Assembly (NCBI RefSeq): GCF_006345805.1 | Contig: NC_043005.1 | Span: 104,346,001 to 104,410,000 of the forward strand | Direction of reading: 5' to 3' | Source: Octopus sinensis | Taxonomy: Eukaryota | Length of the DNA stretch: 64,000 nt | Shown here: piece after piece, positions 13,209 to 26,672 of the stretch | Numbering within the stretch: position 1 is the stretch's first letter | How the letters are laid out: every line of letters begins with the position of its first letter | Position numbers and translations under genes: made by a program | Notes under the pieces: generated by a model | The model's input: the letters and a program-made list of their open reading frames with translations, nothing else | Databases searched by the model: none | What the model was told of the DNA's origin: nothing

Positions 13209-13650
13209 TATAATATATACATACATATATGAATGTGTGTAATGTGTGGGCGTATGTTAGTGTATATGAATATGTGTGTGTATGTGAGTATTCATACTCA
13301 TTCATACAGACAACATGCATATATTCATACACACACACACACATACACTGATACATTCATTATTACATACATACATTCATGCATACATACAGAGATACAT
13401 ACATACATGCATACATGCATACACATAGCTATAATATATACATACATATATGAATGTGTGTAATGTGTGGGCGTATATTAGTGTATATGAATATGTGAGT
13501 ATGTGTGTATTTATACTCATTCATACAGACAACATGCGTATATTCATATACACACTCACACACTAATACATACATACATTCATACATACATACATACATA
13601 CATACATACATACATACATACATACATACATACATACATACGTACATACA
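13209..13650. repeat. Tandem duplication, unit ~221 bp
   Basis: GAATGTGTGTAATGTGTGGGCGTAT at 13231 and 13452; ATACTCATTCATACAGACAACATGC also repeated at the same spacing. Confidence 0.85.
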
Positions 13651-13758
13651 TACATACGCACATACATATGAATGAACGTAAATTTCTTTGTTACCCGCTG
13701 TCTTTGTCTCTATATATGTCAGTTTTCGATCAGAAAGTAAGTCTGTGTCACGGAGAGC

Positions 13759-13802
<44 letters not shown>

Positions 13803-16227
13803 AACAAAAAAAAGATACTTAATGACTGCAAAAGGCGAGAGAAAGACGTTGAAAGTTTTATAATGGGAGGCAATGATAAGAAAAAAGAAAAGATAGAGTG
13901 AGAGAAATATGAAGGAGGGGAGATGAGAGAAAGGGAGATAGGGAGGCAAAGAGGAAGAGAAGGAAGGGAAAAGGGGGAAAATTACGCCTGATGACCTCAG
14001 ATCTGACGTCATACACTTGCTAACACTTAGATGATTTTAAACTTATTGTTTTACTTCGTTTCCAGCCAGCAGTGTTCTAACTTCTCTTTGATCTTCACTC
14101 TGTCCTTTTCCTTTCGTTTTCTTTGGGTTTTTTTTTTTCATTTTTCTCACAGTATTTCTGTTTTTCCTTCTCTCTGCTCTTTCTTCACTCACTTTTAGTG
14201 TGTTTGTTCAATCTCTCTGCTCGCTTTTCATTTTCATGCTCTCTCTCTCTCTCTCTCTTACTCTCTCGTTTTTTTTTTTTGTCTTAGACCTCTCTCCTTT
14301 CCACTCTGTCTATCTTTTCATTCTCCCTCAGTGTTTCACGTTCTTTCCCCTCCCCGCTTACATTTTATCTGTTTCCACCCTCTTACTACTTCGCAATATC
14401 CCATTCTTGTTCATCCTCTAAGCCTTTATAGAAACCTACTTTACCCAATCTCCCTCTCCTTACATTCAATTTCACTTTTTCACCTCAACACTTATTCCTC
14501 CACCACTTTTTTTTTCCACTCAAGACAGGAAGTAGTCTCTCTCACTCTCCATACTCTATCTTCCCCTCCATTCAATCACTCTTATTCAATCTGTCTCTAG
14601 GTTTTCATGCTACAAACGAATAAACTATCTCTCTATCCATAATTCCTACAAACTCTTCTATTTTCTTCTTTAGCCCTTTTCTATCCTTACGCACTGCCTT
14701 TCTCGCACATTCTTCTCTTTTTCTATTTTTTGCCCCTCTTATTATTTTTCTATCCTTGCTTCTTAACATCTCTCTCATTATTTTATCCTAACTTCTCTCA
14801 CTTTTAGCGTTTTATATTCTATCATTTTTCTCGATTATATTCTGCCTATAATTTAAAGTCCCCTGTCAATCACTACCCAATCACTATCACACTCGAATGT
14901 CTCTCACGTTCGTCACTCTTCACAAAATTTCTGTCCCTTAATTAATTTCATCTGTTCTAGTATTACACATACATATGCATATCCAGACACAGAGCTGATT
15001 GAAACAAATTAATTTAGTTCCTCTATATATTGAGATGAAATCATTGCACAAGCAGGAGTGGCAGTGTTATTCCTTTGCTTCTGTTGGTTTTTCGGTTCTT
15101 TTAAAAATAATTATTAAGCTAATCTTGACTTCATTCGTATTGAATCAATACTTACATATATGATCATGTATTTATTCAAATGGTCGAATATAACTATTTC
15201 ATAGATCTTCAGTTCACTTCCACTGCAGGATTTTAATTCAACATTTGGGCAATATACTTAAAATATTTGGGCAATATACTTCAGGCCCTGTTTATGTAGC
15301 TGCTTGAAATAAGTACCAGGTCTTTCAGGAATGGTACATCCCATTGATCTAACACCTCTACAAGCGAAAATGTTCTCGTCTCCACTTATCACTACGAAAC
15401 TAGAGTTAAGCATCGGCCCTTAAAACCTGCTCAAGGCTGAAGAGACATTTACTGTCATAAATACCTGTTTGGAGTAGCAAAAACGCAAGCATACTTAACG
15501 ATGCATACTCTGCGTATATAAATATACAGACAGATAACATATACAAGTTTAATACCAAGTTACATATATGTATATACGTACACGCGTACACACTTAGACT
15601 GAGAAAATTACGCAATCATACATAAGTATACATAACACTCACCACAAAGAAGGCCGTTTGGTTACAAGTAGTGGTGAGTATAAGTATTCTTGAAGTATTT
15701 CACAGACAAGTCACTGTCTGGAATTCATTCTATTTTACGGTATATGTATAGAAGATGTAGTACATAACACTTGTAGCACATGTAGTACCTACAGATATCT
15801 GAAGTCAACCAAGAAAACCTCTTCATCAGTGCATGACCAAGTGGAAATATTAGCCAGAAGTACCGTAAATCTTTAAAAAATGACAGCTACACTGGATAAT
15901 ATTGTCCTGAATATACTATTTTCTTAATAAGACTTGAATGTCATTAATCACACACTAGCTCAGTAAGGACTTCCAGGAGCTAAAGAACAATACGTACAAC
16001 AACGTAATGCAAAATAAATCGAGGGAGTCATTTGTTTATGAATATAACAACCTGCAGGTGTCAGTTTAACGTAACTTAACTATACTCTTTCTCAAGAAGT
16101 CACAGCAATCTATTTTTAAACATACCACGATTTAAATATGTAGAATTTAGTTTGTATAGTTTTCTTTCTAGTAATAGAGAAACTATGTTGAACAGTAAAT
16201 ATGCGTTGACATTATTTTAGACAGTTT

Positions 16228-16462
16228 TAAGGCAGTGAGCTGGCAGAGACGTTAGCTCGCCGGGCGAAATGCTTAGCGGTATTTCGTCTATCTTCATATT
16301 CTGAGTTCAAATTCCGCCGAGGTCGACTTTGCCTTTCATCCTTTCGGGGTCGATAAACTAAGTACCAGTTACGCACTAGGGTCGATATAATCGACTTAAT
16401 CCGTTTGTCTGTCATTGTTTGTCCCCTCTATGTTTAGCCCCTTGTGGGCAATAAAGAATTAA
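16228..16462 (+). mobile_element. tRNA-derived SINE, family B, near full length, with 17-bp TSD
   Basis: GGCAGTGAGCTGGCAGAGACGTTAGC...GAGTTCAAATTCC...GGGGTCGATAA...AGTACCAG. ATTATTTTAGACAGTTT occurs at 16211 and 16463. Confidence 0.9.
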
Positions 16463-16479
16463 AATTATTTTAGACAGTT

Positions 16480-16680
16480 TACGTTAAAGTATCAGACTAA
16501 ATACTGCGCGGTATTTGATACAGTTCTATACATTCTAAGTTCGAATCCCACCTCGATCAACTTTTGGTTTTATCTTACCGGGTCCATACTATAAAGTACC
16601 AGAGTAGAACTGGAGTCAATGTAATCGTCTAACCCCCTACCTTCAAAAGATCCAGTCTTATGCCCAAATTACAAACCACT
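16480..16680 (+). mobile_element. Older, 5'-truncated family B SINE
   Basis: AAGTTCGAATCCC...AAAGTACCAG...CTGGAGTCAATGTAATCG...TATGCCCAAATTACAAACC, followed by TATTTTAGACAGTTT. Confidence 0.7.
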
Positions 16681-17513
16681 ATTTTAGACAGTTTAATATA
16701 GATGTATATAAACATATACACCCTTCCACCAATTATGCAAATACATATACCCTCAAACTTACCTACATGACAGGTGTGATCACCAGTTGCTCAGAAATGT
16801 CATCAAAGCACCACCTCCAGTTGTTGCAAAGAGAATATATAATGCTATCCGAGAAGGAAGACCGTCTTGGATAAATACAGAGACCCTCTCCCTATTATTG
16901 AATACATATATAAATATCAATGCAAGGAATATTGGTAGAACAGTCGCATAAAAACTTCTACAAAGGGCAAACAAAATAGGTTGGTATCCTTGTTTGGGAG
17001 AGACAAGAAAAAGTATGAATAGTCATAAAGGTCAGCTGTTTTGCTGATGTGAATATCTCTTAGAAATAAACAAAAGCAAATGAGTATAACTATGGACAGT
17101 TGTTTCGAAAGCTTCAGCTTATAAATCAAGATTATAAATTCATATTTATACCAATAATAATTCATAGACATGATTTTGTTAGCAAACACGTTCTTCACAA
17201 ATATAATCTGTAAGCGAAACAGTAAACATATGTAAAACTTTTCTCAAATTCAAAATGCGAATTTGTTTTCATTATCCCATGGAGCTTCGTCATTGCTAGA
17301 AACTTCCAATAATTGAAAATAGAAGATAAAATATACAAACAGATATGTGTGCGTGTGTGTATGAAAATTTTTTTCTCTACAACCAAATTCCCTTTCGAAG
17401 TTATATGATACAGTGCAATACCTTCACCACTAGGTCACACGCCTACACAGTATATATATATATATATATATATGTGGTGTGTGTGTGTGTGTGTGTGTAT
17501 GTGTGTGTGCGTG

Positions 17514-17544
<31 letters not shown>

Positions 17545-17587
17545 CTATGTGCTTGTGTGCGTGTGTGTGTATACTTATATATATATC

Positions 17588-18001
17588 GTTTATCTTTTAC
17601 TTGTTTCAGTCATTAGATTGCGGCCATGCTAGGGCAGTGCTTTGAATTTTTACTCGAATGATTCAATCGACCTCAGTACTTCTTTTTAAAGCCTGGTACT
17701 TATTCTATCTGTCTATTTTATCGAAGCGCTGGTTTACGGGGACGCAATCACACTAACACCGGTGGTCAAGTTGTGATGGGGTACAAACACAGACAGAAAG
17801 ACACACACGCATAGATACATATACATATATAAATATGTCGGGCTCTTTTCAGTTTCCGTTAACCAAATTTATTCACAAGGCTTTTTTTTTTTTTTGAGGC
17901 TATAGTAGAAGACACTTACTCAAGGTGCCATGCAGTGGGACTGAACACAGAACCATGTGGTTGGGAAGCAAGCTTCTTATTACACAGGCATGCCTGCGCC
18001 T
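17588..18001 (-). mobile_element. SINE family A, full length, diverged
   Basis: Head AGGCGCAGGCATG..., GGTTCTGTGTTCAGTCCCACTGC; 3' end ...GACTGAAACAAGTAAAAGATA. Confidence 0.85.
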
Positions 18002-19333
18002 ATATGTGTGTGAAAAGGCTTTTCGTGTTTGTACTGTATGGTTTTAGTACTCTATATGTATAATTCTTGCTCTTACTTATTGTACAGCCGTATGGCATTT
18101 TCTATTATGTATAACGTCATTTTGTCCTGTCCTCGCATACATTCGTCAGCTTTTTCCTGTAGCTCTCTGCTCTGGTGCTCCCGGTTGATAACAGTGGTCT
18201 TGCTTTAAATAGCGTGAAACCACTATGACGTCTCAGATACCAACAGATGAGAAATGTTCCTGGTATCGTGTTTTCGTTTCTCTTTTCTGTCCATTATGGT
18301 TTCGCCCAGTTTTCTTAAATTTTCCCCCTTCACTGTATAACTTTTGGTATGTATGTATGTATGTATGTATGTATGTATGTATGTATGTATCTAAATCTAT
18401 ATCTATATCTATATATATATATAACGCCAATGTTAAAGTGGACATTCCATTTTTATTCATTTTTATGATTCCGAACAACACAATATTAAAAAATAATTTT
18501 TTCCATGGTGCGATTAATCAGAAGAGCATTTTGAACTCTCCAAGATTATTAGGAGTAACGAACTCTCTTCAAGCTATATCAATGGCAGTGTTGGATGAGG
18601 GATTAAGTTTATTACCCCAAACCAGTCCGTCTGTCAGACTTGAGATTACGGTACGTGCTCCACACTGAGCTCGAACCCGAAAGAATGTAAATACAAAGCA
18701 AACTTCTCAAACATACATATATATTTATACTCATGTGCGTGTGTATGCATATATGCATGTATGCATGCATCAGTGTATATAAATGTGTGTGTGTGTGAGT
18801 GTGTGTAATTAAAAAACACAAGTTCCGGTGTCAATGCTTCAACGAAGCCGTCTACAAACAAACGCATCACATACAGGACACATTACAATATTTCCATTAA
18901 TAACCATTTTACAAATCATCACACATTTTATAACAGCCATTAGCACCAAACTTTAGAAAACAATAAAAAAAAACCCAGAGTGGTGGAAGATCACAGACAA
19001 CATCCGTCAATCGTATGGTTGGATATCCTGATAAGGGGGTCACGAGACCATGAAACGTCGATAAGATGGACATGGTGAAATTTATATACAATGACCCAAT
19101 AGGAATAAAGAAATCAATATAAAGACCGAAAGACTAAATAAATTTTACAATAAAATAAAAAGAAAAAAATTCCGTGAAACTATAGATGCGTAAAATTGTG
19201 ATTTCTTAATGTCTATGCCTCCCTTTCTTTGGATATTAGGTACATATGTATGCATGCGTGTACGTATAGACTTAATTATGTGTGTGAATACACACACACA
19301 CACACACACACATACACACACACACACACACAC

Positions 19334-19370
<37 letters not shown>

Positions 19371-19705
19371 ACACACAATCACATGCACAGGAGCACGCAC
19401 ATGGTCGAAGAAACAGACGTATATCTATCGTACAAAACAAGCAGGCAACGTGTGAATCTTCTATTTTTGTTTCCTTTCATTTACATACACTTTGTAATCA
19501 TAGCTCTAATTAATTAAGTCTACATTTCGTATTGAGCACTCTACGGATAACACTTCGCCTTTAGCTGAAGTACAGTGATGTGTACTGAAAAGCATATATC
19601 TATTACCCACTCAGATTTACATATGCGCACTTACTCCCCACCTCTCTCTTTCTCTTTCTTTCTGTCTGCCTGTCTGTCTGTCTCTCATACACACACAAGG
19701 ATGTA

Positions 19706-19877
<172 letters not shown>

Positions 19878-19904
19878 ATATATTATATATATATATGTAT
19901 GTGT

Positions 19905-20102
19905 GACCGCGTGTGTACCGTTGGCGATTTTTTTCCTCTGTCTTCCCTTCTCTGGATCTTTCCTTCTCCTATGTTTCCGATGAAGAGCTCCGCTCGAAAC
20001 GTTAAACACTCCTTCTTTCCTTCTGAGCGTCCAATAATACTTTATTTGTTCCACGTCCTCGCGTTGCTGTGTTTTTTTTGTGTTTTCTTGTTTGGATTAA
20101 CT
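19905..20102 (+). mobile_element. Short microsatellite-flanked repeat carrying a minimal hammerhead motif (possible Penelope-like terminal-repeat remnant)
   Basis: Pyrimidine-rich ~200-bp unit between (TATC/TA) and (TA/TG) runs, containing the fold listed in the next feature. Confidence 0.5.
19972..20008 (+). ncRNA. Minimal type I hammerhead ribozyme-like motif (U4C core variant)
   Basis: Stem I TGTTT/AAACA; core CCGATGA; extra A; stem II GAGC-TCC-GCTC; GAAA; palindromic ACGT in place of stem III; predicted cleavage after GUU (20003). Confidence 0.55.
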
Positions 20103-20133
20103 TTATATATATATATGTGTGTGTGTATGTGTG

Positions 20134-20183
<50 letters not shown>

Positions 20184-20512
20184 CGAAGAAAGACACAATT
20201 TAGTAAATACACAGACTGCGGCGGAATAACCTCCCATTTGATGCGGTAAAGAATGTGACTCGGGTGTAAATTTTGCCCACCATCCAGTGTGGATACTAGC
20301 ATAATTTTATACACACATACATGGAACAAATCTACCACAGTACTTCTTTGTTAAAGCCCTGATCTTATTCTGCCACCCTTTCGTTTCATTTTTTTTTTTA
20401 TCAATTTGATCCGTAATGCCGATGTAGACAAACCAGCAGTGGTGGGTGACTGACACAAAGATGCATACACACAGTTATCTATACATATATACCTACCTAG
20501 ATACATACATGC

Positions 20513-20778
20513 TGGTTCGGAGGTTAAGGGTGTTGCACTCACGACGGTGAGATCGTGGTTTCGATTCGCAGACCGACTGTGTGTTGTGTTCTTGAGCAAA
20601 TCACTTCCTTTCACTTAGCTCTGCTGCAAATGGGTAACCACGCGACGGGGCGGGGTTGAGAGAATGTTGGGCTGCTTGCCTAGTCAGCGGGGTGGCATCA
20701 TTTGAAACCTAAAATGATGCAAAGCGCATTGTGACTAGCAGTGTATGATAACATCCGACAGTCTGGTCGATCACGTGA
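20513..20778 (+). mobile_element. tRNA-derived SINE (family C-related head)
   Basis: GGTTAAGGGTGTTGCACTCACGAC...GGTTTCGATTC...GTGTTCTTGAGCAAATCACTT. Confidence 0.65.
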
Positions 20779-21492
20779 AGGCTTTATTCGGCCCGGAGCT
20801 ATTGTAGAGGACATTAACCCAATGTGCCACGCAGTGGACTCAAACCCAGGATGCCATTTGTTTGGGAAAGAAACTTCTTACTACACTTCAATATACCTAC
20901 ATGCATACATACATACATACATTGTTATATATATATATGCCATATATATATATATGTTATATATATATATATTATATTATATATATATTATTATATATAT
21001 ATTATATCTAATATATATATGTATGTATTAAAGAAAATAGAGATATTAACGTTATAATACATGATTATGCTATAAAAAAAATATACTATACTATAAATAT
21101 ATATAATATGATATAATATAATATAATATAATATAATATAATATAATATAATATAATATAATATAATATAACATAAAATAATATAACAAATAAATAAAAC
21201 AAATATATATCCTACAATTTGTTTCGATTCATATCCAATAGTGAATTTATGAAAAATTCACATTTATGCATATGAATCTCGTCAAGATAATATTTATCTA
21301 AAAAATGGACAAAAATTTCATGCAATGACTGCTAAATCATAAAATATATATACATGCACACATACACAAACACACATGCACAGTGTATGTATATATATCT
21401 ACACGCACACACACATATATGCACATATACGTATATGTATACACGCGCACACACATGCACATATCTTTTATCTTGTATTTTTTACACACACA

Positions 21493-21525
<33 letters not shown>

Positions 21526-21549
21526 CACACACACATCTATATATATATT

Positions 21550-21612
<63 letters not shown>

Positions 21613-21621
21613 ACACATGTA

Positions 21622-22254
21622 TATGGTGTAATATGATAATTTATGTAAAGGTATCCCATAGAAACTCAAGTATGTTAAACGTGGAGAAGTGAAGCTGTTA
21701 AAATTTTAAAAGAATTTTAATACATGCATTCGATCGTTTCAAATAGCGATATTAACATGTAAATAGCATGGTAAAATAATTAATCACATAACCCAGTTCT
21801 CCTCAGTGCAAGAAGTATACAACAGGAATTATTATTACAGAAGACTTGATGAAGGAAATAGCAGATAACAGATTCGGATATGCATATTTTATCCTTTAGT
21901 TTATACACAGCTAGACTAAACAACATTCTTTAGTATGCTCTCAATTTTTCATAAAGATAAAATACGTATATCCGAATTTGTTATCTGCTATTTCCTTCAT
22001 CAAGTCTTCTGTAATAATAATATTTCCTGTTGTATACTTCTTGCACTGAGGAGAACAGTGATTTGTAATTTATCTAATTTAATTAAATTAATTTTAATTA
22101 TTCTACCATGTTATTTACATGTTAATATCACTTTTTGAAACGATCGTATGCATGTATGAAAATTCTTTTAAATTTTAACATCTCTTCTCCATTTTTAACA
22201 TACTTGTTGAGTTTCTATGAAATACCTTTCCATAAATTCTCATAACACACCATA
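21622..22254. repeat. Long imperfect inverted repeat (foldback/MITE-like), arms ~270-300 bp, spacer ~60 bp
   Basis: Left arm 21622-21893 matches the reverse complement of 21956-22254, including perfect blocks GTTCTCCTCAGTGCAAGAAGTATACAACAGGAA and TATTATTACAGAAGACTTGATGAAGGAAATAGCAGATAACA. Confidence 0.9.
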
Positions 22255-22401
22255 AACGTAATAATTTCGTATTCGCAAAAATCTTGCGCCAGTAAGCTAC
22301 CAGCAAAATATGAAGAATCTTTGTTAGAAATCACCCTTTGGAACCATCCAAAGTAAGGGAAGAAATATAATTCAACGTCTTCACATATATACACACATGT
22401 T

Positions 22402-22626
22402 TCTTTATCTCTTTTATCTCTTTTACTTGTTTCAGTCATTTGACTGCGGCCATGCTGGAGCACCGCCTTTAGTCGAGCAACTCGACCCCGGGACTTATTC
22501 TTTGTAAGCTCAGTACTTATTCTATCGGTCTCTTTTGCCAAACCGCTAGGTGACGGGGACATAAACACACTAGCATCGGTTGTCAAGCAATGCTAGTGGG
22601 ACAAACACAGACACACAAACACACAT

Positions 22627-22698
<72 letters not shown>

Positions 22699-22860
22699 TA
22701 CGACAGGCTTCTTTCAGTTTCCGTCTACCAAATCCACTCACAAGGCTTTGGTGGGCCCGAGCTATTGTATCTCTCAGGCATACACATTGCACAAGGTGCC
22801 ACGCAGTGGGACTGAACCCGGAACCATGTGGTTGGTATGCAAGCTACTTACCACAGCCAC
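22402..22860 (-). mobile_element. SINE family A, near full length
   Basis: A box TGGCTGTGGTAAG, B box GGTTCAGTCCC, internal CA/TA microsatellite, and a tail of AAAAGAGATA-type repeats. Confidence 0.9.
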
Positions 22861-25732
22861 ATATAATACAAGCACACTTAAGTTTTATGTCTTGAGTTCT
22901 TTATACACCAACTCCATATACAGACAATATGTGAATGCTAGTCTTTAAGCATATACAAGTTGTTTGTTTGCTTTTTGAAATTTATTTCACTATAACTGTA
23001 TATAAGTATGTATGTATGTATGTATGTATGTATGCATGTATGTATGTATGTATGTATGTATGTATGTATGTATGTATGTATGTATTTACTATATATATAT
23101 ATATATGCGTGTGCGTATATGCGTGTGTACGTGTGTTTGTTTTTGTTTGTGTGTAAGTGTGTGTTTGTGTGTGTATGTGCGTATACGAATGTGTGTGTGT
23201 GCGTGTGTGTGCGCGCGTGTGTGTGTGTGTATGAGCGTATACGAATGTGTGTGTGTGTGTGTGTTGTGTTGTGTGTGTGTGTGTGTGCTTGTGTGTGTGT
23301 ACGTGCGGTTTGAGCAGCATTAGTAGTAAGATTTGCTGTACATTCTGTTGGCTGCTAACTGCACTTACTGACCTCTGCAATCTGATTTCACTCTTTCTTC
23401 CGCACTTCTCCTTTTCTCTCCTTCTTCCGCTATGTTCTACCCTCACAACCTACTTAATTAGTTGCAATAACGACGACATTGACACAGTCATACCTGCACC
23501 ACCACCACCACTACCACCACCAACACCGTTAGCTCTGCCACTAATGACACTACCAACACTGCCTCTATCAATAACATCAGAACTACAACCACCAACTCCA
23601 ACACCAATAGTACATACACAACCACCATCGGCACCAGTGCTACCAGCACCAGCACCAACACCACCATAACTGTCACCAGTCCACATTCAGCTTGCTTCTT
23701 GCTACATCGCCACCACAACCACTACCACCGCCACTACAACTACTTCTATGAACACCATTCTCATTATCAGCACCAGCCTACACCATAATCATCACTACGC
23801 CACTACGACCAGCCGCACCATGACACTTAACACCAAACACTACAAAACAGCACTACTTCCCCACACCGCCATCACCATCCACAAATAACGGCAACAACAA
23901 TAAAAACAGTTTTAATACACTAAAAACAATAACACCACTCTCTCCCCATCTCCGGAAACAACAACAATAACATTAACATATTAACCATCACTGCCACCCG
24001 CAACAGCATGCTCACTCATACCATTATAATCATCATCACCATCACGATCAATGCTATCTCAACCACATTTACAACTACCACCACTTCCAGAAGAACTAAA
24101 GCCGTCTCAACTACCATTAGTATAACCTACATTCCTATAATACTACCACTACAAATAAAATGGTTTTGCCACTACCACTACAGCCGCCGCCGCCGCCACC
24201 ACTGCCGTCCTACCACCGCCACCACCACCAACATCATCATCACCATCACCATCTTCGTCATGACCACTACAAAAAGTACAATATCACCATCAGTATAATT
24301 TCCATCATTATAATACCAGCTCCCCACTATAACCATTACAGTCATCCCCTCGCCACATCTCCCACAACATCGCCTATTCTTGACCCAGAACACCGGAAAC
24401 TGTAATGTTATTGGTTCGAATCACTCGCACAGCCATCAAAGAGAATTTCTCTTTTTGAAATATGTATTTACAGTGTGTTCTACTTCCGGAGACAGCTACT
24501 CCAACTAACACATTAGCAAATGATGGCCTCTTTCAATTCCTGCTATTGTTGTAGCAGGTGTTGTTGTTGTTAATGATTTTTAAACTTAAAACAACTTCAT
24601 CATCTTGGCTGAATCGGCAGAGTGTCGGACAAAAAGGTTTGTCAATAACTAGTTACGTGCCTTAGTTCAAAACTCTCCGGCATCGACTTTGCCTTTTATC
24701 CTTCTGAAGTTAATAGAATAGAATCAAACATGTACTAGGGTCAATTAAAGCGACAATACCACAATACTGTAATTTGTGGTCAATAATTCTGTTAGAAAAA
24801 ATATGAAAATTAAATTAAGTTTGAGTAAAGAACTCGTGATAGAGAATAAAAAACTAAAAGAGTGAGTAAATGGACTTGGAAAGAGGATTGTATATATTAG
24901 TGGCAAAAATAGTTCTTGACCATTTTTTTAATGACAGCTGAACTGTTCGTACTAGAGAACATCGTGCTCTCTCAGGAATACACATATGTATATGCTACAT
25001 AGTAGTAGTAGTAGTAGTAGTTGTTTTTGTTGCCATTATTGCAGTAGTAAACGATGGAATCAATATACTAAAGGGGTCAATTTTGCCTTTTATCCTTGAA
25101 CTAGCAATGGACCCAATATATGGCTGCCACGTATCTAATTATAACGGGGTAAAGTGATTAAGAGATGAATATTTTTATGTAACTTTCTCTCCAGTCTTAA
25201 ATGAATAGTAAAAGCTTTAAATACCAATTTTAATACATTTTCAAGAAGAGTAGCTTTTCTGGTTCTCAATTTCCTGTTAGTTAAACCCCAAAACTCAATC
25301 TCATTTGCTGTGATACTCCCTGCTTTGCGACGCTCCCCCACCCCACCCCAGTCAACGTTAAACGTTTTTCACAGCATTTTTTAAGACAGGTACACACAGC
25401 AAAATTATTGTTGTTAAGAATCTAATAATTTTGAAATCTACAATAATATTGTTTTCGTGTCCTTTTCTGCATAACCATATAATTTAATTTATCAATGCTA
25501 TCAATAATTATGCTCTAGCTACAATAATTTTAAGCAACTGGGTTAATTCTTATTTTAACAGGCGTCAGGAAATGAAAATTTGAAGTCAAGGAATGAAAGC
25601 GAAACTATGAAATAGGTTCTCTGTGTACTTGCAATGTGTAATGTGCATTCATTTGTAATTACTAATATCAACAAAATATAATGTTACTATGAGAGAGCAC
25701 AATTTGTTAAGTTTAGAATAGATAGTAACATT

Positions 25733-25948
25733 TTTTATTCTTTTACTGGTTTCAGTCATTTTTCTGCAGCCATGTCGGAGCACCACCCTGAAAGGTATTA
25801 GTCTAAGAAATCGAGAACTTTTTTAGGCCTAGTACTCATTGTATCGGTCTCTTTTGCTGAAACGCTATGCTACGGGGACATAAATACACCAACACCGGTT
25901 GTCAAGCTTTGATGGAGGAACAAACACAGATACAGACACACACACGCA
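25733..25948 (-). mobile_element. SINE family A, 3' half, diverged
   Basis: TTTCAGTCATT...GCCATG.CGGAGCACC...ATCGGTCTCTTTTGC...GGTTGTCAAGC; ends at the CA run. Confidence 0.75.
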
Positions 25949-26002
25949 ATTCCAGTTTTAACGTAGTAGATCACTCTTGATGTGCTTCATCGTATACACT
26001 AC

Positions 26003-26672
26003 CTTGCTGGATTCTTCCTTTTCGCCTTCGGCCCAGTGCGTCCATGCTGCCAACAAAGCACGCGGAGTTCTGTTTTTGATTCGACGGTCATTCGGAATGC
26101 TCACAGCAGCCATATTCCTACCGCTCTATGTCACGTTGGTGAGACCCATATTGGAGTACGGGATTAAAGCCTCTTCTCCTTATCTCCTCAAAGACATACA
26201 TCATCTCGAAAGAGTCCAAAAGCTGGCTACCCGCATGGTTCTTGGTCTCAAGCATTTGTCTTATGAAGAAAGGCTGAAGACGCTCGACCTTTATTTTCTA
26301 GAAAAACGACGACGCCGCGGTGATCTCATTCTTGCTCACATCATAAGCGGAAAGTGTAACCTCTCGAAAGAGCTGTTCTTCACTCTTGCTCCAGAGCGTC
26401 GGCTGCGGGGTCATTCCGAAAAGCTCTATCTGCGACGATTTCATCTCAATCGAAGGAGAGGGGCTTTCTCCGTCCGGGTTGCGGATCCGTGGAATAAGCT
26501 GCCGGACGAGATAGTGAAGATGCCGACGACCACTCGGTTCAAGGTCTCTCTTGACCAGAAATGGCCTGAACTCTTTGCATGAACGCCCTCCCTGTACATA
26601 ACTCCATGTCCCCCTACATGGCCTTGCTTTTTGCTTTTTGAGCCAAATTAACTTAACTTAACTAACTAACTA
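26003..26672 (+). mobile_element. 5'-truncated CR1-clade LINE (ORF2 C-terminus, 3' UTR and TAAC tail)
   Basis: ORF 25977-26582 contains LPLYVTLVRPILEY, LERVQKLATRMV.GLKHLSYEERLK.LDL..LEKRRRRGDLI, LRGHS.KL and FS.RV.DPWNKLP, typical post-RT CR1/L2 motifs. Tail is (TAAC/TTAAC)n. Confidence 0.9.

Noticed and set aside
15243-15281. 17-bp direct repeat (also a 13-bp repeat at 60224 and 60252)
   Set aside because: Most simply small local duplications; no element lies between them.
18515-18655. Exon candidate in the non-repetitive tail of the 147-aa ORF
   Set aside because: Weak acceptor, no recognisable homology, and the adjacent sequence resembles a degenerate SINE on the opposite strand.
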